From the NCBI GenBank assembly GCA_000934665.2, contig KZ538436.1:1-64000 (forward strand): a DNA stretch of 64,000 bases, written 5' to 3'. Within the stretch, counting starts at the first letter, position 1; each line of letters starts with the position of its first letter. Under the pieces are notes generated by a model. The model searched no databases. It was not told the origin of the DNA and saw nothing but the letters and a program-made list of their open reading frames with translations. Shown in pieces: positions 51,216 through 63,463 of the stretch. The stretch is from Catajapyx aquilonaris. Its lineage: Eukaryota. The position numbers were made by a program, and so were the translations under genes.

Positions 51216-54200
51216 AAGCTAGAATATTACAATGTACGTGATTCCAAGCGCATTCGAACTGTGAAGGAGAACAAGGCTACCTTGTAATGAGTATTCCAGT
51301 CTCATCTGTCTTCCTGGCATCCTGCAACTTGTCCATCTCCAAGAAGTGGGCAGTATCTGAAATGGTAACCAATAATCTTGATAGTCAACCACAAGCAGGT
51401 TTATTCATTACTTTGACTAATGGTTGGGTCTGGACTTAAAAATCTTCCAAGAAAGTGTGTGTGGACTAGGTGGCTTTTTGTGGCCAATCAATGTGACATG
51501 AGCACCAGCATGGGGAGGTGGAAAAAGGAGTAGTTTGTTGGTATGCAGGCCCCCATCCTGCTTCCTTCATTGGTACGCGACTGGTTCTCTGGGGCTGCAA
51601 CAGCCCTCCTCCACTTCGGATGATGGCTTTTGCCTCACCAAGTCACCAACTTCAAACCACACCTAGGAATCCCCCCTACCAATCTACCCATTTTTTTGAG
51701 GGTCCATGTTCCACCTCGACTTTGCTGTTGAATATTCATACCGCACTTGGATCATGACTCCAAACATTATCAACGATCATTGAATAATGATAATTCCGCG
51801 ATTATGTTACGCGCTATAAATTATATACAATAGTGTTAGACCATGCTACAAAATTATCAGCTAGTCGGGAGCTCCCATATCCTGCACCCAGCGCAAACTT
51901 GTAGTCGTCAGTGCAAACCCCCTTCCATAATCATCCGTAATGGACACAAAGTTTGCAAGCAAATCACGTGTCGGTGAGGAATGTACGTGGCTGTTTATAA
52001 ATCGCCTAGTGTAATAAGGGTTACGTACTAGGATGATTATGCAATTTGTGCGAATGAGTTCTGCTCCATTCACCAAATTGTTCAGGAAGGTTCTGAAACT
52101 GAGTGATAGCTGGTGAGTCGCTGCACTCGTCGCATCTGTTATTTAACACTTTAGCCTCATCAATTCCATTCCTATACATTTTGCACTTGTCTGCAAAAAA
52201 AAGTCATACGGTCGGAGAGCGGCCATTACTTTTTTTTCAGCCCCATTTAACAGTTTGGAGAATTTGTTGAATAATGCACGCGGTCCAATTTCCTTCTCCA
52301 GGCATAGCATATAGACAAGGCGTATAGTGTTAGCAACAAAAGCACTATGTACCTTCCAGTTTTTTTTTTCTGTCGTCTCCTCGGTTCCCCATCCGAAGAC
52401 TGAAGGCGATGTGAAGAAAAGTGCCCGTCTGGAAATCCATCATCCCTCTTCTTTCTTCCACACCATTGCAGGCCTATAGGGAGAGTGCAGGTGCTCTTCT
52501 CCCAAGCAACTTTTGATTAATACTATGACAGGCAGGGAGAGACCACAAAAACAAATCTATATTGATTCGCTAGTCGGGATTTTTGCTAGGGGTTAAGTGA
52601 GGGGTAGGGACAACACCTGCTCAGACTCCCAGAGGATCACTAATGAAGACCTACTAATTGGCACTATGGCCACATAGGTAGAAAATATCCGGTCTGATTT
52701 CCAACCGTGCAAAACTGGCGCCAAATTCAAATTGGATATGACTAGAAAAATAATTGCCGTACTTCTGAAAAATGGCGCTGGTGAATCCGAAATGATAAAG
52801 CGGTCGGAAAGGTGCAAATGTGATGGGGACTTTATTTACGTACGTTTCTACAGGTGATTCATCTCGACACACGCTTGAACATTGGGGAGGGCCCAGGTAT
52901 ATACATATATAAAAAAACACGTCCTCTGGAAAGACAATGAAATATCGGTATTATTGTCTTGTGAAAGAACACGCGCCGACTTTTCATAGTTTCTTGAAAG
53001 CCGCGCATTTATTCTACCGGACATTTTTGGGACACTGGTCAACTCGAAAATGGCTGGTCCTACTTGGAATGTAGAATTTTTGTGTGGGCCCCCCAGGCTA
53101 CAGAGTGGCGCCCAAAGGAAAGAGACCGATGGTAAGACATTCGACCTGGTTCTCCCCCTGAAGGCACTACAGTTCATCAGCACAAACTTTGGTTAATCGC
53201 TCTCTCTTACGGCTTCATCAACTTACTGTCTTCGCAAATTTATTACCACAAATAGTCTCCGACTCTGACACGGCAAACGTGCTGATTACTTTTTACGCTT
53301 TCCCCCCCTTCTACCGGCCCTTTTTATCTCCACTCTTCTTCTCACCCTCGCCGGACTGCTAAGAGTAAGTAATTTTCTTGCAATATAAATAATTGGCCAT
53401 AAATTTGGTTGTTGTCTCTTCGTGACTCTTGTGACGCGCTTCGGAACCGCCTCTTGCCCCCCTCCCCCCCTTTCCCACAATCTTACATCTTCCATAACAG
53501 GCAGGTGAGGCTGTCATCTTTGGAATCACCGGAATGTTCAAGATGGAACTACCTTTTAATTTTTTTTGGGTAGAAATAGAGGCCCTACTTCATATTCATA
53601 AAGCGTGAGGATACATTTCTGACCCCATTGTTTGTGCCCAATTTCTTGGAAGACACTGAAAACTTTAGGGGTATAAAAATATTCACTAAGCTGCATCAAT
53701 TTTGGGACAGTTTTTTAAAATGCACCTGAGTGAATAAATGTATGCACCTACTCGTACATAAACCAGTTTTATTGACACTAAGAATATTTTTATGCATTTA
53801 AAGATTTCAGTATATATGAACAGTCCCTAACAGTACCCTCCCTAAAACACAAAAATCTTCGTCCCCCCCNCCCCCCTTCAAAAAAAAAAAATCTTCGTGT
53901 TAATCCGATTCCACAGTAGCCTGTATTCCTGGGCGTAGTTGCCCAAACAACGTGTCACCCTCATTGTATCGGATAATAGAGAGCCAAGCAGCGATCCGCA
54001 ACACACTGGGAGGCACCACAATAAATAAACAAATGAATAAATCTTAAAAGAGACTGGGGTTGACTCCAATCTGGTCGGAATCAATGCCGAGTTTGCAGCA
54101 TGAGGGTTCTTGCACAACCAAAACCCTCTCTGGTTCTCTCCCAAATAATAAAGTCGTCGAGATTTGGGGCCCCCTTTGTGCGGGGGCCGGCGAGGTAATT

Positions 54201-54605
54201 TCCGGGCGTGTCTCCACAGTGCAGCGGCGGCCGTCGACGAAAGTTCCCAAAACTCCGACGGAAGTTGTCGCCACGGGAGCAACCCTCCACCGTCCTGCCT
54301 CATTTACCGCACTCACGGCTTCAGGGAATAGGAATACGAGGGGGGAAAAAAAGAACTCAAAAAAGTAGAGAATGGGGAGGGGGGGNGGGGGGGAATACCC
54401 CCCTCTGTCTAACCCCCACGCTTACTGGATGATGCATATGCTGTGCGCGTCAAAAGTGCGAACAAAATGAAACCGGTCTGTAATAGGCACAGTACTATGC
54501 TAAAAATTAATTCGGTTTTACACTCCGAATAGTAGGCCTACATATAAACAAAATCAAATGTGGTGGCAGTCCCCAGACATAAATAGGCAAAAAAAATTAT
54601 CGTGA

Positions 54606-54663
54606 TATCTGTAAGCCGTAAATTTTATATCCTATAGGATATAAAATTTACGGCTTACAGATA
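54606..54663. repeat. 58-bp perfect spacer-less palindrome
   Basis: TATCTGTAAGCCGTAAATTTTATATCCTA|TAGGATATAAAATTTACGGCTTACAGATA, checked base by base. Confidence 0.95.
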
Positions 54664-56034
54664 GCAAGCTTAACTGATTCTGACAGTTATTGCACTTGTA
54701 TTGAATATTAGTGCTGTAATTATTTAGGCTCATCAGCTAGGCCTGAGGGGGTGCGATGAAGATAATGTGTACCGTCGTGAGCAAAAATGTTGCTAACAGC
54801 CAATTTTAATTTAATTTACGCCCCCCTCCTAATCAGGTAAATTCACATTACATGAATGAGTTACTATAGTACAGCGGTTTTTCGGGTTAGTATGTTGAAT
54901 GGTGGTTTTTTTAAAAAAACCTTGCAGAAACATTAAAAAGCAGCATCTAATTGAATGGGCGACTGCAATAAATCTACTCTAGGAGCTTAAAAAGCAATAA
55001 AAGACGAGACCAATTGTTGTTTTCTATCACAGGAAAAGTTGCTGGCGCAGATGTAAGGGCAACCCGCAACACAAAAGCATTTAGAGTCTGCGTGTAATCA
55101 GAACCCGAAAAAAAAGGCTCCGGATGGTGGAAAAAATCTGGCCGCACAAAATCCCAGCAAGCTGAGATGGAATCTGCTAATAACACTCCCAGGCCCAGCG
55201 ACCATTATGAATTGTTCCCAAGAAGGGTGAAATTCAGCAACGTTGCTTGCTAAGCCTGCATTATGTGTGTAGGGAATGGTAGGAGAGGGAGAGGGGGGGT
55301 TGTTCCTATAGAGAAACTGGGAATGCAATCCTTCTTGTGAATGTTCCGTATTCATCGGAAAACATCAATATTCGAAGTACAGGAGAGAAAAGGGGGGCAA
55401 AAGGGAGGCGGGGATAGGGGAGGAGGACAAGGGAAGGTTGTTCTTCTGTGGTGCATTCCACCAAGGCCCAGACTATTATTTATACATGCACATCGGCGGA
55501 GATGGCTCCAGCTACCACACAAAGGAACCTAAGATGCCCTACATTTTTCATTTTCGGATTTCGGAGAGACAATAAACGTAAAGCTCCGGGGCAAGGGAAG
55601 GCATTAATAAAAATGTCAATTCTGTCAGTGCTAATGCCCGTAATCTGTTTTCAGCGGGTTCTAAATACATTCCTCTGCAACGCTTGGCGCGAGTTTTCCA
55701 GTAGCTGTTTGGGTGGGGGGGTGTTGCCAGGGGTGGGTAGTTTGCAGTGTAAAAAAAAAACTATTGCTTCTTTTTGCAGGCGAGAAAAGATCTTGTCAAC
55801 GCAACACCTCTGCACCCCTGGATTCCTTGTCTCCGGCTAATCTACTTCACAAGGTGCAGCCTCCATGAGATAAGTAGCTGGCGAATTATTTTCAAATTTT
55901 GGTGATGATTACATAAATATTGGCTAATAATAGCGTAAACGAGCTCGCGTCCAAAATTTGTTGTTGTTGCCAATCTGGGTCGTTGAAAGTTGTGCTATTT
56001 ATTTTCAGAAATGGCGGCCGGTTCGCACCTCTAC

Positions 56035-56053
56035 TGACGCCATCTAGAGGTGG
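56035..56053 (-). promoter_or_regulatory. CTCF-like motif next to a YY1/PHO-like motif
   Basis: Minus strand CCACCTCTAGATGGCGTCA, with AAATGGCGGCC at ~56009-56019. Motif match only. Confidence 0.35.
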
Positions 56054-59000
56054 ACAGGGGCCATCCTTTTTGGTTCATTTTGTGGACGTGTGACACAGGA
56101 ATTTTTCTAGAGAGGGGACGGACTTGCTTTTAATTCATGCAACTGCCTCCTGGCTTTTTTCTCTTTTTTTCTCCCTTTTTGGGAGCCACCTTTTCCTTCC
56201 CAGGCTGCCATGTCAAAACGAAGGTCAAAACGTTGAGGGGGAAGGAGGTTGTACCATGGCCAACAGCTGCTTGGCCGCTTCACCTTGCCGGTTGGTCCGA
56301 CCCTCCAGCCACCACAACAATGGCGCCCTACGTTTTCAGGCTGGGTAACAACAAGGAAGCCATGTTGAAAATTGGGATGAATAAAGGAGGGATTCGACTT
56401 TTCAGGCCATATAATTCCAGTTGCCAGTAATATTAGTGGAGGATTAAAGGTCATTTTCAAAAATTCTAACACCATATAAAAATTACTACTTTGTTGGGGA
56501 GCGATAAAGAACAGTTAGTGAACAACCCTGTTTTTTGTCCTTTTTGCAGTCATGCCTACAGTTACAGTCACGGAATCAAGTCCGACACGTGCTATGCACG
56601 TAACTACACAGAGAACATAAATAATTGATGTGGCCACTAATTGGCGTTGTGTGTACGTTTTTTTATTGCGATAAAAATGTGTGAACTTAGATACTTTTTT
56701 TGCAGAGTGGAATTCTTCATTTATTCAGACACTGCATATTTCTGAAAATTTTGATATTATCTGTGCAATTATGTTCCCTAAATTATTCTGGGCGATTTTC
56801 ACTTTCCCTCCAATGAAAATAATGTTCCATATGCATTTTGTCCAAATATTTTTTTTCATATATCTCAGTAAAGTAATTTTTAGAGAAATAACTTGTATTC
56901 AACGACATGAGTACAAATTACTTTGAATAATTGAATTGAAAATTATGGTCCCACAAAGATGTGGGCAATATTTTAAGTACAGAAATAAAAATATATTTAG
57001 CATAAAATACGCGAAAGTAAATAATACACCCAACTGTTACATGTAATAATAATGTCGAATAAATTCGTAAGCCACTACAATTTGTAAATTTGGTCTAAAT
57101 TTTCTAAATTTTGTGCGGAAACGAAACCGCCGTAATTATCCAACCGTAATTATTTATTTCCTCCATTATATTACTATGACTTATACTTTAATGTCACTAC
57201 ATTTCATCATACACAACAAGATATTTTTCGGTCGTTACCATTACCACATATTTTTTTAAGGCGTTAAGATTACACTTATGAAAACCCCCAGACTTTCATA
57301 ATACGGGGGAAAATTACCACTTTGATAATTCTACACAGTTGCAAGTTTAAATAAGCTTTTCTTGAAATTTGGGTTAAATTACAGGTTTACAACTTTATTT
57401 TCTAAATTACGGAGACACCAATTTAGTGTAACTCATGTTACCAATTCAAATAAGTCTATTGTCAATTTAAATGCATGACCCTCGGATGTCGGAATCTGTT
57501 GCAATAATGGCAATAATATTCTAGTGGTACAGTCATCTTAAAACTCGTGATACTTGCAAGTGTGTAATATTATGAAGACGGTAATTTTATTCTCCACATT
57601 GTGAAGGTGTTTGCAAAATAATAAGTATTATCTTAACACATGCGAAAATTTTAAAATCGTAACACTATAATGATAAGAAATTATTATATTAGTTTCTGGT
57701 GAAATGTAATATCATTAATGCAGGAAATTAATTAAATGGTTGGAAAATAATAACTTTCGTTATTACTCGATTTGATTAGTTACCGAATATTGACCCAATT
57801 ATCCAGTATACTTCTGACATAGGCACGTGTTTTTTTTGCATCATCATAATTATACGCAAGTGGTAAAAACAATCAGCCTAAAAAGTTCAACCTGGAATAA
57901 ATCATCGACATGTGCCGCGATCCCATGCGTGCCAGAATGTTTCGTTCGCGTTACTATTTCCGAACAAGCACATTCCCAAATGCCACGCCCTTCTTACATT
58001 GTTACCCAACATGCTTTCCAAGTTAAAAATATGACCCCAACCGAGCGAAAGACACTTCCTCCAACATTCTCAAATTTCCGTTTCCGCTCCGCCTCGACTT
58101 GAAAATAACCATCATTTCAAATGCACATAAATCCTACACCCTGACTCCCTACTACTCTGTTACAGGCCGTCAAAAAAATATGTCTGGAACCTTCCAAAAA
58201 AAGCGCAAAATAGTTCAGAAATTGGCATTTCAGAAGCGACACATCGGATCCGACAAGTTTTCCGATGGACACAGTTTGACTAATTTTTTTCAGCCCAACT
58301 AGTGGACATATCAAGCCGGTTTATGTCACAAACTTTACATCAATTTGTACATAACCCCCTGCCTAATTCAATTCTGCTATCAAATCATCCAATCCTAATC
58401 AAGCATCAATTTTAAACGCAATATCAAAGCCTACATACCATTCTCAATCCCCCTAAAAAATACCTCCCCACCCTGTTAATGAAGTCACATGCACTCTCCA
58501 GCTAATGAAGTTCCCTCAGACGTTGTTGAAACGTTCACTTAAATCGTCGGCAAACCCTAGGTCACAATTGGAGCAATAAAACTAATTTTGTGGGCTTGTA
58601 ATGGCCCATTCGGCGCGTTTAGCACGCAGTTAAAACAATAAACCCCGGGCGATAACCAGCCTGAAACCCTCATAAAGTCTCGTTTCTTTTTTTTTCTTTC
58701 TGTTCCAGCTCGTGTCATGAATGTTGAAGTAGGTTTTTTTTTTTAAATAAAAAAATGGACTTAGTCCGCTTAAGAAGGTGAGGAAATTGTGTCAAGCATG
58801 GGCTGTTTTGGAGGGACTTTCGGCGGAATGTTTCCCGGCTTGATACGCTTCCTGTGGCCCGCTCTTTGGGATGGCGGTTGTCCCTCACTGAATACCGGTG
58901 CCTGCATCGGGCGGTGTTCACAAAAGAGCTGTGAATTTTATGCGGAAGCGACAGGATTTATGCGGTGGGTTGTAAATCGTCACTTTTTTTTTGGAGCCAG

Positions 59001-62000
59001 ATTTGTCAAGGTAAGTGCAATATGGAACCCTTTTGGAATCACCTTGTAGTGCTTAATGTGACAATGTTCTTATATAATTTATGCCAATATTTACGGAGTA
59101 AAAAGAGCGGGTGCCCCCTCCATTATTGACCATTTGTGTGCGAGAGCGATATATCACTGTTGCAGGATAGAGCGGGACGCGCTATCTTAACCACCCTACG
59201 TCATGATTATTGTCAAGTACATGGAATGCAATATAAACCTATCCACGGCCGGGTATTATCAGCCTTAATTTTCAAATGTCACTCTCAACTTGTCTATTGA
59301 TTACGTCCATCTCCGGTGATATATTTTTTAGTACACTGTAAGCATTTATGGCCTCCAGAGGAAACATGATTATGGAACCGGGCACTTGCTCAAATGTAAT
59401 AGCAACAGATTGTCATTGTGGTGCGGGCTATGGGAAAACGATAGACCTGGACTTCCCCCGTGCGGTGACCTCAAATCGGTCAGAAATGCATGTTTGTGAC
59501 TTGCCTTTGGACATGGGAAATTACAAATAGCGCAAGTGTACTCAAGGGCTGGTGCAAATGGCATAGCACATGGGAAATTCATCACCCGGAATGCCGAGCT
59601 TGCGTTTTATTTTTTTTCTCCTCCTCCTTTTCTTTTCTTGCCTAGCTGTAGCCAATCTATAACTGCAGTGCATTAGTACATTTCCGAGCTACATTGTGAC
59701 ACAGTGTATTTTTCATCCTAACGGGAGCTTTGTTCAAGAAAGGAGGGAAGAAATATGACGGAAAATATTTTAAGATTTTCTCCATTCCTCCCCATTTCGC
59801 GACCGAGACGAACTAGTCAACCAAGCATCACAACATGGCCTCCACAAAAAAAAAATATTATCAGCAAACACATGGGTAGTGATCGACAATATTCTAATCA
59901 CGTGTAATAGCCAGATAATTCGTCATCACGGCATCATGGTATGAAGGTCACTATTTGGTTTCAGGAACCATTTCCATCTCGCTTGATTTGCAATGCTGAT
60001 CCTTTCTGACTCGAGGCGACTCCCTACAGCATTCGCTTTTACCCGATTTAAATGGATTTACATAGTAATCATATTGGTGTTTGTATTCCCCAATCTTATT
60101 ACGTATGACAACACTACTGGGAATACGTAATACCGCGTCTTCTTTGTTGGAATACTAATCAAATTAAATTCTCACGGGTGGCGCATCATCCATGTAATTT
60201 GGGTTGCTTACTTACTGGAAAATCTCGTTAAAAGTGAAGAATTTCGCTGCCACCAAATTTTCTGCTGTCTATTTTGATAAGTAGGGTATATATACTGTAA
60301 GGTTCTGGGCCCGGGCCACTGGCTCGAGAAAAAACATGTGGAAACCAATTTTCCTGGCTTCGGGCTTTCGCCAAATGATGCAACTTTGTCACGAAATAAC
60401 GCTCTCCTGCAGCCATTTTTGTTTATCCGACTGCTCGAAATTTTTGCTCATTTTTGCAGCCTTTTAAAAATATATCTGCTAGCGTCTTGGAGTGACACTA
60501 AAAAAACCAACCAGCCAGAGGCTATATAGGCAGACTGTGGCTATTTATTTTGTCTATTTAGTGTCAGTCTAACCCCCTCGCCAGCAGATACATCACAGTG
60601 AGAAATCTGATTGTATATATCTTCTGTCACAAGTTGGCTATAATGTCGTTAATCCATGCATTACACAAATTGTTGTCGCATGCCTCATTTACATTATCCC
60701 TATCCTCATCGCACAGGACACAACATGTGGAGTATCATTGTTAGTCACCTGACAGCAGTTTAGTGGCAAAGGTGCTGTCATGTTGTATTTCACCACTCAA
60801 GCCTCTTTAGTAAGTCAAGCAGGGGGAATAAAAGTGGCCAACATTGTTCAGAGGCCGCATGGGACGACCTGCATCAATTTGTTGACATAAGTGTGCGTCC
60901 ATTCTTGCATGAAGATTTTTGGCGCCATTAATATGCCCTTTTGGCAGAAGCATCATGTATTTACATTTTTTGCCATGTCTCTTTTGCCGGACATGAAATT
61001 ACAATGTTTACAAGTATGTTGGCTGTTCAACTGTCAAAATTAATCGCTATTATCAACGCGATCAAAACTTAGGCAAGCTGTTCGTCGCAAAAAAAACGAC
61101 TGCCACCGTGCAAATAATTCTGTCACACCAGAACAAAAGTTACAATTTGTCTAAATGTCAGGACCTGAAATTATATAAAAAAAAAATTCTTATCCACTCA
61201 ATTTCAACAATGATGCACTACAAAACCAAACGTATGTTATCAAAGCAACCGATTACATCTGACTCTCCATTTCCGCTCCATATTAGCGCACTTTTTCCTG
61301 CACTAATTCCTTTCTGGCTGGCACAACGTGTGTGGTGCAGCAGCAATTGTGTCCAGATTGTATCAGCAGCTCAATTATCAATCACATCAGCTGCATCAAT
61401 TTGAAATGTGTTCGACCACAACGTTGGACCAATTAGGCCGCCATCATGTCTGACGTCATCTCCGGAAGATAGGGTGTGGTAGGAAGGTAGTTGAAAAGGC
61501 CATCCTACCTGTAGCCAAAAAGACAATCATGTGTAGGCAGGCAGGGAAGTCAGAAGATTTATCGATGGCAAGACATCTTCAGTGAGGGAAGGTTGCCAAC
61601 ATGGATGATGCAGCGCTATTTTTCGGGGCCGGCGTCAGAGGTCAGCGCCATCGACGCTCACGGGGAGGCTGCAGGCGGCCGGGAGGGCAGCATGTGCGAT
61701 AGACCCAGCTGGAGATTTATGGTCCCAGCCCTCTGAAAAGTACGTCAGGAAAATAAATAGCTCTGCTAGTGAAGACCTGTCACTTCTATACGGGGAAAGC
61801 TTACAAATGTGGGGAACCGAACGTTTTTTGCTTCCAAAGTTCCTCTAGAAAAGTGATTAGGGGGTTAATGGAATCCAGTAATCGATCTTCCAGCCTTTTC
61901 TTACTTTTCTGCCCATTTTCAAGCTTTTTCTCCACTTCTCGCCTGAATGTGTGTCTCTTTTTCCCCCCTTTCCATTCCTTCCATCTCTTTTTGGCGAGAG

Positions 62001-63369
62001 AAGGAAACTTGCACTCGCCGATATCGGGAACCACCCACCCACCATCCCTTGGAAGGAAGGAGACCTGCTATCTCCCAAGCCCTGCTGACACTTTCTTGAT
62101 GCGGCACCCCTAATGACCAACGCCCTTCTTATTTCAGTTGCAGCCAGATAGGCAGTCTCAGAGAAATTTCCCAGCTGACACCACACCCATCCATTTCTGG
62201 ATGCAACCAATCCACCAGGTATATAAGCCAACCCTCATGCAAACAAAGCACAATTGAGTCGTGCAGACAAGAAGACATTGTTACTAAACTTTTTTGGGAG
62301 GGCCAACAGCCACCAGTCCATTACATTCCAGCAGCACCAACCTGTAGATTATCTAGTTAATCCAGTGGAACTCTAGTAATGTCAGGTGTAATCCCCTGTA
62401 GATACACAGGGAATCAGAATTTATTGAAAGAGATGGTGCCAACGTCGAGTCGACCTGCAACCAACATTTTTTTTTGGAGGGTTCCTTCACAGGTCTCAAC
62501 AATCATGAATCACAGAGTGGCTATACTACCTATACACATACAAGCCTACGCAAGAATATAAATCCATCACATGGCAGCCTCGTTAAACGTTGCCGCCACA
62601 TGCCAGCAATAAAGTAAGGAGCTGCCGCAAAAATATTTGCCAAAGCATGCCAATGGAATCGTGCTATTCCAGGTTGACCTCAACCAGCTTTTTGCCAAAA
62701 GGACCAGGTGCGCTTGGGACACCTTATGACAGGTCACAAACAACATTTCATTTTTTTGTGTGTTTTTGGCATGCTTTTGGCGGTATTGGGCTCTTTGAGG
62801 TTATAACAAACGGACTTCTCCGCCCAAAAATTCCACTAACAGAGGTCAGCAGTGTTCGTTGCAAATCATTAACTGAACGAAGGCGTGGCCAAAAGGAAGG
62901 GGCGTGGGAAAAAGAAATGGGTAGGTGGTGGATGGTGCAGAGGTAGGGAGGAAGTGGGGAGAGGTGGGGGGAGCTGTGAAAAAAATAACTTCTGACTTTA
63001 CCACCAGAGGGAATATGTGATAGGTGTACATTTGGATAGGTTTAGTGCAAAAAGAGCATACATTCAGGTCGGTCTCTCCTAACATAATGCAATACAGACT
63101 TTAGCAACATCATCTACATGGCAACAATTATGCACTTAATTATCAAATTTCTTGCATCCCAGTCAAGTAATCTGGAAAGCGAAAATAAGGTTCATTAATG
63201 ACCAGTAAGAAAGCCTATAATCTACCCTGAAACATGCAACAGTCGTAATCACCTGGAGAAAAATATTCACCAGAAGGCATGCTACATAAGAACAGTCATT
63301 TAGTAAAGTTGCAGTGTTCATTTTTCAACCAAATAAAGAAACAACAAAATATTACCCCTTTCAGCAGTC

Positions 63370-63432
<63 letters not shown>
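63370..63432. repeat. (TAA)21 microsatellite
   Basis: Seen directly; it accounts for the poly-I and poly-L ORFs. Confidence 0.97.
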
Positions 63433-63433
<1 letters not shown>

Positions 63434-63463
63434 CTTATGCTATTGGTATAATTATGGAGTATA

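Noticed and set aside
59870..59882. ACATGGGTAGTGA matches part of miR-71
   Set aside because: The seed (GAAAGAC) is absent, with no hairpin and no adjacent miR-2 copies.
2696..60299. TACAGTA/TACTGTA as Tc1 excision footprints
   Set aside because: About 18 seen versus ~12 expected from base composition, which is not distinguishable by eye.
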